A stretch of DNA of 64,000 nucleotides from Octopus vulgaris (Eukaryota): contig OX597824.1 of assembly GCA_951406725.2 (NCBI GenBank), positions 27,900,001 to 27,964,000 of the forward strand, read 5' to 3'. Below, piece by piece: positions 14,083 through 26,570 of the stretch. Made by a program: the position numbers and the translations under genes. The notes under the pieces are model-generated. The model worked only from the letters and a program-made list of their open reading frames with translations, ran no database searches and was not told the DNA's origin. Every line of letters starts with the position of its first letter. Within the stretch, counting starts at the first letter, position 1.

Positions 14083-14520
14083 TATATATACATCTTTGTA
14101 TGTAAGTCATTATTCAGTTTGTTTCAAGATTTGTTGCCAATAGAGAAAGAACCGGTATCAAACCCAGATCCAAAACTCCTTCACTGGAATTTCAACATCA
14201 ACAAGGTAGTTTTGTTTGTATTTACGTATGTATGTATGTTTGTATGTTTAAATGTACACAAATGCATAAAAATAATTTGTAATTCCATTAGTCATTCTAA
14301 AATACTATTAAATTTCATTCAATTTTAAAAAAGTTAAAATCGGACAGAACTTATGGGATGACCTGGTATATATACATCTTTGTATGTAAGTCATTATTCA
14401 GTTTATTTCAAGATTTGTTGCCAATAGAGAAAGAACCGGTATCAAACCCAGATCCAAAACTCCTTCACTAGAATTTCAACATCAGCAAGGTAGTTTTCTT
14501 TGTATTTACGTATGTATGTA
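13962..14520. repeat. 284-bp tandem duplication spanning the mariner 5' TIR and flank
   Basis: 13962-14245 is repeated almost identically from 14246. Confidence 0.9.
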
Positions 14521-14907
14521 CGCAACCACTATGTTTTGGATTCACGTTTATGTATAAATATTCATAATCGAGTACTTCGTATATACACACTCAGTCATAT
14601 GAGCATAAATAACCAGTCACACCGACACGCACTCACACACACATGTACACAGAAACACAAATATATTCACATGGGTTAGTTACAAGCACATACTCGCACA
14701 TAGATAAACACACATTAATTGTTGAAGGACAATTGACATGAATCTTCCTGTATAGGTAACATCGATTATAGAAAATAAGATACATAAATTTATATACCCG
14801 GTCACAGGCATATACAAGACTACGTAGATTTATACATACGTACATAAATACATATATCCATATATAAAGAATATATATATATTTCATAGCATTTTTTCCG
14901 ATGGCCG

Positions 14908-14968
14908 GATAACTGAAGAGATGGCGGCGTGGATTTCCACCTCGGCATCCGAAACTCGGAGTTTTATC
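14908..14968 (+). ncRNA. Type I hammerhead motif, family F4, in a ~120-bp TA-flanked insert (14884-15006)
   Basis: gataa-CTGAAGA-gatg...gtgga tt tccac...catc c-GAAAC-tc g ga-GTT-ttatc; perfect 5-bp stem I and long stem II. Confidence 0.75.
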
Positions 14969-15003
14969 ATGGCTAGCGAATAATAGTCACATCTTACATT
15001 TAC

Positions 15004-15056
<53 letters not shown>

Positions 15057-15057
<1 letters not shown>

Positions 15058-15644
15058 CAATTTAGGAATGGCCTTAACAGGCCATTCGTCCACTAGACAG
15101 AGCAGCCATAACTCCAACCGCCAAGTAATGTAATTCGGAAATAGGTGAAAAATTAAAAACGTTTACCCTAATTCATCTTTTAGACGATGCATCGTTTCTG
15201 CGTTTTTAATGATAGACCAGCTTAATTAAATTAAATTAAGCTAATCTACCATAGGTCACGCTTCGTCAGTAAAGAAACCTTTGGTAGAGGCAAATATACA
15301 CGAGGCTACTGCATCGAAGCCTCTGGAATATCTGTCTTAAAATTTTCGAAGACCAGCGCAATCGCGCCAACCTTATCAGCAGCAAATATAAACTGCCGAT
15401 TCAATTTCAGAATTAGTCAGAAAATAATCAATTAATCAATTTAGGGTAGAAAAAATTCGATAGAAATTTATCACTACCAGCGGCCCAGTGGAAAAGAAAA
15501 ATAGTCATGAGACTAAAATGTAAATATATAACAATTTAGGAATGGCCTTAACAGGCCATTCGTCCACTAGACAGAGCAGCCATAACTCCAACCGCCAAGT
15601 AATGTAATTCGGAAATAGGTGAAAAATTAAAAACGTTTACCCTA
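15057..15644 (-). mobile_element. Partial-tandem hammerhead element (474-bp unit plus 114-bp identical direct repeat), Penelope pLTR/retrozyme-like
   Basis: 15057-15170 is identical to 15531-15644; TA tracts on both sides; internal hammerhead; no ORF. Confidence 0.8.
15177..15274 (-). ncRNA. Type I hammerhead ribozyme, family F5
   Basis: Minus strand cttta-CTGACGA-agcg..[atggtagattagcttaatt/aattaagctggtctatcat]..cgca-GAAAC-gatgcatc-GTC-taaaag; 12-nt palindromic stem III acgatgcatcgt. Confidence 0.85.
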
Positions 15645-15834
15645 TACATATATATATATGTATGAAGGGACGGGACATGAGCAACTGGTCAGAGTGTTGC
15701 ACTTCAAGTCCAAGACCGAGTAGTACCTTGTGGTCTTCAAAACACCAGGTCTTGTTTGTTGTTTACCAAATATTCTGCCATGTTTCTTCTTCCATTGCTG
15801 ATGCACTCTCGAACGCTAATCAGCCCACGACCAC

Positions 15835-15868
15835 ATTTATTATTATTTTTATTGTTATTATTATATTA

Positions 15869-15943
<75 letters not shown>
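15835..15943. repeat. (TTA)n microsatellite, 3' flank of the Dong-like LINE
   Basis: Direct observation. Confidence 0.95.
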
Positions 15944-15944
<1 letters not shown>

Positions 15945-16880
15945 TCACTTTTCAGAGCTCTTGATTTCACCTGCTCCCGTTAATTCTGTAAGAGCGGACA
16001 ACAAACTGTTTTCAAGAATCTTACGGAGTGTCATTCTAAGTATCACTATTGAAACCCTCACTGCTCCGAATAGAGGAGTTATCTGAGCGTCTACTACTCT
16101 AACGTGAATCCCAATTTCTTCAATAAATCTCGCAAACCTCTTTACTAAATCTCCCAGTGCACCAACAACTACTGGAATTAAATCTACTTAATTGCTCACA
16201 ATCGTGAGTTCTTATTATTTAGTGTCTTGTGGTTTTCAACCCTTTCTATTCCATTGTCTTCCTCTCGTACAGACCCAGGTTTGACAATGTCTCCGAAAAC
16301 GTTTTACTTCATCAATAGTCTTCGACAGCAATGTCTGGTCTCCGAGCATCAATCACCGAATCACACTGGATTGTAAAGTCACTATTCTCGTTGACACCTA
16401 TTTTATCCTCATATTACTTCAACACACTTTCAAGACTACTTCTCTCACAGTCTCCAATGGACATACTTAACTATGTTATGATACCTTTTCTATATTCTTT
16501 TTGAGTAATATGCTACGCTCATTCACAATATATGAGATTTAAGCATTTTCTTCCACGCATCCTTCAAAGGAGTGATTCGTTACACTTATATATTTGGAAC
16601 CTGAGCGCTGCATTTCAATACCTCTGTGCATCATTTCGGATCACTTTTCCGTAACCACTTCCAGGTGTGTGTCTTGTAGTTTTCTTCCATTGCTCTGAGA
16701 TATTGCCTATGCATCACTTACATTTTCTAGTCGTTCAATCTTTGTTCTCCATAATGTTTCTTAAATGTTTTTGGCTGTGTCACATTTTAGCTAGGAATCG
16801 TATTGCTATTTCTAATAGTAACAATTAAATATTCAATCTGCTGTTTGGCGTACCATCCCAGACTATTATCGTTATTGACT
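15945..16880 (-). mobile_element. R4/Dong-clade LINE 3' fragment, decayed
   Basis: Minus-strand frames give MHRQYLR..., QKEYRK..YHNIVKYVHWRL, DFTIQCDSVIDARRPDIAV and IPVVVGALGD; the 3' end abuts (TAA)n, the known Dong target. Confidence 0.85.
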
Positions 16881-17834
16881 GTTTTCCTTATTATGTGATA
16901 CGTATTCAATTTCTGGACTATGGACGATGAACGATACTGAGAAGACTGCGAGGGAGTGTGAGAAAATGATACAGAGAAAGAAATAGTGAGTGAAAGAGAG
17001 AACGAAGTAGGAATATATCAGATGAGACAAAGAGAGCGATCAATCCTTTACGACTGTAATAATTTCCCATAAAGATGTCAGGAAGGTGGCATTAACTTAA
17101 AACATGTACATGTATATACATATGCCTATATATTTACATACAAATATATGCATATATATATATATATATGTGTGAGTGTGCATATACACATACTTAATAT
17201 ACATGTGCATTTGTGTATATATACACAGACATACAGACATAGCGGTGCACACGGTCATATATAAATACACCTGCGCACATACATTAATTTTAAATAGCAC
17301 CGTGTTTGCGCTCTTATTTAATTATTGCCGTCATTGACTTCATCAATCTTCGTGAATGCCTTCTACGATGTTTGCAACAAAAATATTTGTAAGTCCATTG
17401 ACTTTTGAACCTCTACTTCACGCCATGCCTTGAGTGAAATGACGACAATGGAGTCTTATTGAAGCGTTTAAAATTACGCAGCAAACAAATGTACATGGGA
17501 AAGACATGGTCGCCGGAATTAAAATTCTCAGCAGTTAACACCTGTTTATTTTCATAATATATTTTACGCATGACGTGTCTTTTGAGCTTGATAAAATGTT
17601 CAACATATAGCGTATTTCATGGCGTTCTAATGATAATTTTAATATTATCAACTGAATATTCTTATATTTTGCACATTGTCTGTATTATGTATTATAATGG
17701 CTCATTGTCAGGAATTCATGCCCAGCCAAGAGAAAGTATCATTTACTTTTGTTTGAAGTATCAGCATTATTCATAACGTCACATTTCAGTTAGTGTCTTT
17801 GTAAATATTTGTTATTATTATAGTGTTATTACAC

Positions 17835-18410
17835 AAGGCGGCAAAATCGTCAGGGTCAAGTTTGCCTTTCTTCATGTTCATTTAGATAAGTACCAGTTGA
17901 GCATTTGGGTCGATGTATTCGACTGACCTCCACCCAACAAATTTCAGATCTTGTGCCTATAGGCAGAAAGGATTATTATTATAAAGGAGACGAGCTGGCA
18001 GAATCGTTAGCACACCGGGCTAACGTCTTTACATTCGGAGTTAAAATTCCGCCTAGGTCGACATTGGCATTCTTCCTTTCGGGGTTGATTAAATAAATAC
18101 TAGTTACGTACAAGGGTCAATGTAATCGACTAAACCCTACCCTAAAATTTCGGGCCTTGTGCCTAAAGTAGAAATAAATATGCAAATACTAATCAAGGCG
18201 GCGAGCTTGCAGAATCATTAGTGCACCGGGAATAATTCTTTGCGGTATTTAGTCCGTTTTCACCTACTGAGTTCAAATTCCGCCTAGGTTAATTTTATCT
18301 TTGATTCATTTGTGGTCGACAAAATAAGTACCAGTAAGCTCCTAGGGTCGACGTGATCGCCTACATCCATCCCCACAGTTCCAGACGTTGTACTATAGCA
18401 GAAAGTATTA
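17835..18410 (+). mobile_element. Cluster of three degenerate SINE-N copies
   Basis: Repeated aaggcggcgagct(g/t)gcagaatc...aaattccgcc.aggtc...taagtaccag. Confidence 0.75.
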
Positions 18411-18506
18411 TTATTGTGTTACTTTACGCTTATATACGACACATATTTATATCCAATGAAATGTTCATATTTTTGAAAACCAGGAGGTATTCGGCTTATG
18501 TATGTG

Positions 18507-18835
18507 AAGGCGTGTGGCTTAGTGGTTAGGGGCATTCGGCCCATGATCGTAAGGTCGTGAGTTCAATTCCCGGCGGCGCGTTGTGTCATTGAGCAAGACA
18601 TTTTATTTCACGTTGCTCCTGTCCACTCAGTTGGCAAAAATGAGTAGTGCCTGTATTTCAAAGGGCCAGCCTTTTCACACACTGTGTCACACTGAATCTC
18701 CTCGAGAACTACGTTAAGGGTACATGTGTTTGTGGAGTGCTCAACTACTTTCCCCTTTACTTTCACGAGCAAGCTGTTCCGTTGATCATATCATCTGGGA
18801 CCCTCGTCATCGCAACCGACGGAGTGTTCCTCCAT
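18507..18835 (+). mobile_element. tRNA/CORE-type SINE, head A with tail X
   Basis: A box tggcttagtgg, B box gagttcaattc, gtgtcattgagcaagac; tail shared with 39019. Confidence 0.85.
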
Positions 18836-19124
18836 TCGATTTATGTAGAAGAGTTTTACACTGGTCTGTGTATTTTTAGCCTGAGATTATAAATGCCATA
18901 TATATATATAATTGAGTGTGTTCTTATATTGTCAAATATTTCGGTCCTGCCTGTGTTCCAATAAACACTTTCTAATCATGTTCGCTGCTTGGCCTTGAAT
19001 CCATAACTTACAGATTAACAGATGTAAATTCATAGCTTCAGGTTCAGGTCCAAAAGGATATTATTCCACCTATTTCAGAAATTTGAGGAATCTTTCACTA
19101 CAGTATATATGTATGTCTATAATT

Positions 19125-19134
19125 TATCTATCTT

Positions 19135-19233
<99 letters not shown>

Positions 19234-19250
19234 GTCTGTCTGTCTATCTG

Positions 19251-19326
<76 letters not shown>

Positions 19327-19348
19327 ATCTATCTGTCTGTCTGTCTGC

Positions 19349-19414
<66 letters not shown>

Positions 19415-19419
19415 GTCTG

Positions 19420-19505
<86 letters not shown>
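19125..19505. repeat. (TATC)n/(TGTC)n microsatellite
   Basis: Direct observation; similar arrays at 31648-31795, 35757-35900, 36790-37560, 51100-51275, 57122-57197 and 59255-59370. Confidence 0.95.
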
Positions 19506-19514
<9 letters not shown>

Positions 19515-19515
19515 A

Positions 19516-19850
19516 CTAGGGTGAGCTGAACAGTTCATACGCTGAGTATGAACGTGTAATGCTTCAGCTGTGAAATCTTGCATCCAGTAAGTTCACTTTT
19601 CTTAAATAACTGCATCGTTTCTCTCCAAATAAACTGACTTCTGACTGCTCAAAGACGACCTCAATTGTAAATGGTAGCGTCGTCTCTTAAAAGTGGACAA
19701 AATGCGGTATTTTGATGTCATCAAGTACCAGAAAAAAAGGGTTTAGCCCCATCTATATGGTTGCTATATGAGATGATGACAGTTCAGCTTTATCAAGAGT
19801 GCAAAATGGGTAGCTGAATTTAGGAGAGGAATGGAGAATCTTGTAATAAT
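19516..19850 (+). mobile_element. Mariner (irritans/Himar-like) 5' fragment
   Basis: Decayed DKMRYFDVIKYQKK.GLAP...SSALSRVQ.WVAEFRRGMENL helix-turn-helix region. Confidence 0.6.
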
Positions 19851-20498
19851 TGAAACCATTAGTGTCAGAATGCAATTAGACACAAGAATCGTATCAGAAT
19901 CATGAGAAAACATGGGAACAAATGGGTAAACCAAAATTACGTTGTCCAAATAAAATAGAGTATAGGGTTACGGGAAGAAAATTATATTTCACGGGCAAAC
20001 TCGCTTGTGATATAAAGTATAAACTTGACTTAAAGCCACATTAAATGCTCATACAGCATCAGGAGAAAAGACAAAGAGACAAAAATAAACTAGGCAAAAA
20101 ATTACTGGATAATTCCAGATCACAGATTTCTCGCTTTGCATAAGAAATGTCTTTCCTTTCGGGATCTGGAATTATCCAAGTTTTAACTGCTATTTCCAGC
20201 ATGGTGGTATTTCTTAGATACCTTAAATTATAATTTTAAATAATTTTCAATAATTATTACGTATGAAAGGTTTTTATTCCCATGCAGGCCACCTGATAAG
20301 GTCGGTATTTTAATATCGATGTTATATATATATATATACATATGTCTTGCACTTAGCATTAGATCGGTATGATATCCGAGATAAATATCAATCTTCTATG
20401 AATACAATTTGATTTCTGCATTAACAGTTTATCTTCCAGGCCTGCATCTACGTTGAAAATATATGTACGCAAGCTCTTGATCATAGTTGCAGTTTTTT

Positions 20499-20544
<46 letters not shown>

Positions 20545-21671
20545 GTAAATACACACAAGCTGACACATACACACACACGCACATGACTTTTATACGTATT
20601 CTGTAGAAAATGCTAAGTTTTGCAAGAATATCTCTGGCTAGCTTTTCACGCATTCTTTTCTTAAATCCTTCCGTTGTATACTTATTTTCCCATGTTATAT
20701 TTCGTATTACTCTCTCACTCTCTTTCTTTTTTCCTATTTCTTTACACATATTTTATTTATGTATTAATGTTTATGTATTTCAATGTATAAATATAAAATA
20801 TGAATACGCATGTTTATGTGTGTATATATGTGTTTCCATGTAAGTATATGTATATTATGTATACCCATAGGCAAAAAAAGTAACAAAAATGTATAAACAA
20901 AAATCCATACATATATGTGTATATGTCCAGATATGTATGTACTCATACATACTCCAAAACGCACACACATGTACACTTATGTGTGTTTGTTCCTTTAGCC
21001 TTATGCGTCTGCTGCCTATATATTTACCTATCTCCCTATCTATTCACCTTCCTACACATCTACCTATGTAGTAGACTACTGCTTTATCAAAACATCTACT
21101 CAAAACTCAGACAGGCACCTATATTTGTCTTTCTATCTAAATCGCTATGTATCACTTTCACTTTCACATTTACTATCTCTTTCACCGCTCTGTCTCACAC
21201 CACACTCACTGCCATTACACCCTTCATTGTCCATCTGTATCTGTTCTTTTATCAAACAAGCTCTACTCATCTAATTATGACACCATCACAGAGCGATTGC
21301 AGTCAAGCATCCAACAGAGACAACCATCAGTGGTGATGATTAGAAGGCAAGCATTAATATGTGTTGGAGTCAGGCATAATATAATGCCTTTTCAATGACC
21401 GTTACGCAAGATCGCGTCACTGTGACGGATAAGATTCGCTGATACTTGGTCAATGGATGTCCGATATTGCTGACGAAATGAAAAATACATTTGTGTTATT
21501 ATACTATCCCTCGTGTGTATTTATATGCATGTGTCAACATCATTGTATATATGCACACACATATATAGGTATACACACACATATATGTATACATGTATGT
21601 ATATATGTATGTATCCATATATTCATGTATGTATTTGATGTACAGAAACATAAACAAACATACAAACACTC

Positions 21672-21743
<72 letters not shown>

Positions 21744-21846
21744 GTGTGCATATATAGATATATTTATATATCTATATATGTCTCAATCTCTGTGTGTCTC
21801 TCTCTATATATATAATCACATAAATATATATATACATGTACATATA

Positions 21847-21884
<38 letters not shown>

Positions 21885-21944
21885 TTGTATATATATATAA
21901 ATACAGAGAGAGAGAGAAAGAGGCAGAGAGGCAGAGTGACACAC

Positions 21945-22018
<74 letters not shown>

Positions 22019-22723
22019 AGCTGTGTGTATTTGTGTCTATGTGTATATTTGTAAACACACATGTAGGTGTGGGTGTAAATGTAGAAATATATGCATCTGT
22101 GATTCTATGTTGAAGATTATGTATAAATAATTTCGTATTCCCTCGACTCCGTTTTCATATGTTTGTCATTTATCATCTGTGCCGGTACCTATGAAGATAC
22201 ATTCATGTGCACGTGTGAAAAGCAAATCACACACAAATACACGCGTACGTGCACACTCGTAAACGCTCTCTCTCATACACTAATACACAATTGCTTCACT
22301 CTACAGACACATACATACATACATACATACATACATACATACATACACGGATACACGTAAAGGAACAAACATGCATCGACGGTAGCAGTCACATCCATGC
22401 AATTTTCAGCGAAGATAAAAAAAAAACACAATCTTTATTGCATTTCGCAGAGAAATAAACCACTGTTTCCAGTAAGTTTCATTGTGTGTATGCACGCGCG
22501 TCTGTGCATCACTGTGTGTGCATATATATATATATGTATGTGTGTGTTTGTGTGTGCATATGCACATACATATATTTAATGAAACACAAATATGTATATA
22601 TATATATACATATATATATACTTTTATTTATATATATATGTATATATATATGTATATATATATATTTTTATTTATATATATATATATGTATATATATATG
22701 TATATATATATATATATATATAT

Positions 22724-22842
22724 CACGTGATCACGTGACCGACCAGACCATCAGATGTTGTTACACATCGCTGGTCACAATGCGTTCGCATTGTTTTAGC
22801 CTTCGAATAACGCCACCCCGGTGGCTAAGCGAGCAGGCCAAT
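22724..22842 (-). mobile_element. Isolated SINE tail Z in a TA tract
   Basis: Reverse complement of the 61507-61622 tail. Confidence 0.8.
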
Positions 22843-23457
22843 ATGTATATATATATATTCACAAATACATATATGTATACGTACAAATATCTGCATGTAT
22901 ATACATGTATATATTTACATATGTATACGTATATATACATATACATACATTTATATGTGTATGCATACACGTATATATATATATACACACATTCCTACAT
23001 AATATATATACATACAAACAGATATACGTACATATATGTATATATATGCACAAAGATACATATGCATATATATATGTATATATACATATATATATATACA
23101 TATATACATTTATATATACGTGCATACACACACACACACGCACACACAGACACACTCATATATATATAGTAGTTTCTCAGCATCGATGGTCAAAAGCATT
23201 CCAACCATGGCTATCCCCTAATTTTTTCTTGAGATATTAGTACTCCAAGTTCCTACTTGCCTTTTTCGTTGTCCTTCCATTATTTTTCACATATTTAGCT
23301 GGGTGCTTTTCGTCGAGCTTATTTTTTTTTCAAGCAGTTTTGCCAACTGCTAAGTTATCTCGCTCAGAGTCCATTTTTCATTTGGTATGTCTTACCTACG
23401 GTCTTATTTATAAGAAATATTGATATGTAACACGAATCAAATATATTCGAAGCAGAT

Positions 23458-23621
23458 AGGCGCAGGAGTGGCTGTATGGTAAGTAGCTTACTAACCAACA
23501 ACATGGTTCCGGGTTCAGTCTCACTGCGTGGAATCTTGGGCAAGTGTCTTCTGCTATAGCCCCGGGCCGACCAATGCCTTGTGAGTGGATTTGGTAGACG
23601 GAAACTGAAAGAAGATTGTCG

Positions 23622-23714
<93 letters not shown>

Positions 23715-23940
23715 CTGTGTTTGTGTGTCTGTGTTTGTTCCCCTAGCATTGCTTGACAACCGATGCTGGTGTGTTTACGTCCCCGTCATTAGCGGTTCGG
23801 CAAAAGAGACCGATAGAATAAGTACTGTGCTTACAAAGAATAAGTTCCGGGGTCGATTTGCTCGACTAAAGGCGGTGCTCCAGCATGGCCGCAGTCAAAT
23901 GGCTGAAACAAGTAGAAGAGTAAAAGAGAGTAAAAGAGAG
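23458..23940 (+). mobile_element. SINE-M, full length
   Basis: aggcgcaggagtggctgt...(TA)n(TG)n...gactaaaggcggtgctccagcatggccgcagtc...gagtaaaagag. Confidence 0.9.
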
Positions 23941-25967
23941 AGATATGGCTATATAGTGAAGAACCATCCTTTGTATCCTCAATGTTTCGGGTTCTGTCCT
24001 TCTGCATTGCATCTCGGTTAAGTGTTCTCTAATATAACCCCGTCCCGATTCCTACCCTATGAGCGAATCGGTTGACGGAAAGTGCGAGAGTGCACATCGT
24101 TGTATATAGTCTGTATATACTAAATATACATTCTTTATCCCAGTCCCTACCATCATGCTTTTGTAATTCGTTTGCTATTCCATATAATAAAAATAAAATT
24201 CATTGGGCAGATATCTAACCGCAGGATCCTATGTCCGACGCCAAGAAATATTTTTATGTATTCATTTATTTTACTAACATCATCATCATCGATGTTGAAG
24301 TTCATCATCGTGCTTCTCCTTCCCCTCATCTACATCATTGTCGGTCACAACTCAGCATTAACATGGCCCTCAAGCACGTATTGCAAAATGCCAAGCAGCA
24401 CTTCGCCCGTTTATAAATTCTGAGATCAAAATCCGCAGATGTAATATTTTCTTTTCATCCATTCGGTGGTCGAATAAAATAAGTACCAGCCAAGCACTGG
24501 GGTAGATGTGTTCAACTAGCCCCCTCTTCTCCGCAAAAGCTTCGGGCCTCGTGTCAATAGTAGAAGAGTACAGGATAAATATATATCATCGTCCTTTGTC
24601 TTCGACGTCTTTGTCGATTCCTTTTCGTCACCACGGCTGTCATTTTCACCATCGTCGTCCTCGTCATTATCATTCGTTGTATTTGTCGTCACCATCATGA
24701 CTACCACCGCAGCCAACATGGCCACCACCGCTGCTACTATAAGCACGGCAGTTTTCAGCATCGTCAACGTTGTTGCCATCCGTGAGTCAGTACCATTGAA
24801 TATACATTCATTTAAATTGCTCGTCAGTTTTTTTTTTTCTTTCATTTAAGATTTGGTTCTAACATATAAATCAGAAAGTGACTTAAGTGTATTAGGGATT
24901 TATAGAATCGCTGTATTTTTCACTCTTGGAGGATTATCTGCATGGCTTTGATAAGACAATGAAATATATACTTATGTGTAAGCTGATTAAAATATACAGT
25001 TTTTGTTTAATCACGGACTACACGCACGACAGAACTTTCGAAAAGTTTTCAGGAAATAAGAATTCCCCAATGTGCTAAAAACACCAGTCAAATCTATCTC
25101 AAATTACATCGTTACTGTTTTTATTTATGACTGAAAGACATTTCGATATTTCGTCCGTTTTTATGATCTAAGTTGAAATTCCGCTGAGGTCAGCTTTAGT
25201 TTTCAGCCTTCGGAGTCGATAATATAAATACCAGTGTAAGTGTAATTGACTTACCCCTCTCCCCGAATACCTGGCCTTGTATCAAATTTATGAAATCAAT
25301 GATGATAGTGACAATAACTTTGCTTTACTCATTAATGTTTGACGATTCGTGCAAATTATTCTTCTAATCGTTTGAGCTTTTGTAATCAAATGGGGTATAA
25401 TAATGGTGTTGTTAGACTGGACCACTGGCGAAAATTTAAAGTCTCGATGGAATTTGAACTCGGAATGTAAATAGATGGGATACATATCACTATGAATCTC
25501 ACTCGATGTGTCTAACCATTCTTTCTTTCTGTCAGTACATCACTCTGGGCATTATTTATCAATTTCGAATGAATGAAATGTAAAATTAAATTCAGCGCGA
25601 TTTGAAATCCGATAGTGTAGATGCTGGTGAAATTGATGATAAAATATATTAAATACTATTTCGAGTCCCGGGGACTAAACAGGCAGGTTACTCAGTTTCT
25701 CTAACGTATAAAAGACCGTGATCGAACGGGATGCTGGTCTGTTGTGGGTTATGCAATAACAGTTTCTGAGTGGACAGGAGCAACACGAAAGATGTGGTTT
25801 ACTCGGTCCTGGAATAGAAACTTTATGATCGCTTTTATCGTTATTGCAAAACGCTAACCAGTGGTTTCCACACATTCACTAATTATTATGAGCATCAGAA
25901 AATAATATATTTGTTGAAATCTGTAAACAAAAGCTGCTAGTACTGTTTTGTTCAGATGTCCGGGGGT

Positions 25968-26347
25968 ATACTCTTTAACTTGTTTCAGTTATTTGACTGC
26001 GACCATGCTGGAGCTCCACTTTGGTCGAGCAAATCGACCCCAGGACTTATTCTTTGGAAGCCTAGTACTTATTCTATCAGTCTCTTTTTCCGAACCGGTA
26101 AGTTACGGGGAGGTAAAAACACCAGCATCTGTTGTCAAGCGATGTTGGAGGGACAAACACAGACACACAAACATACATATATATATATACATACATACAC
26201 ATATATGACGGGCTTCTTTCAGTTTCCGTCTACCAAATCTACACACAAGGCTATGGTCGGCCCGAGGCTATAGTAGAAGGCACTTGCCCCAGAAGCCACG
26301 CAGTGGGAATGAAGCCGGAACCATATGGTTGGTAAGCAAGCTACTTT
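25968..26347 (-). mobile_element. SINE-M
   Basis: Colinear with 23458-23940. Confidence 0.85.
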
Positions 26348-26570
26348 ATTTCATTAAGATTTGCCATAAACGCATTATAAAGAGTAGCTTGTGGAATGAA
26401 CACATACATTGATGAGGTGAATGATGATAAGAAAAGAAAAAGAAAAAGGAATGATATAGATGGGAGAAGACAAAAAACGCATGCCTATTTTTGCTTCTCT
26501 AACAAATTCCTTTTTTTTCCAACAGTAAAAAATAAAACGAGGTATTGAACATCCCACTACAGTTTTTGCA

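Noticed and set aside
18507-18580. tRNA-like sequences (also at 39019, 58191, 61317 and 63460)
   Set aside because: They continue into SINE bodies and lack a proper acceptor stem; SINE heads, not tRNA genes
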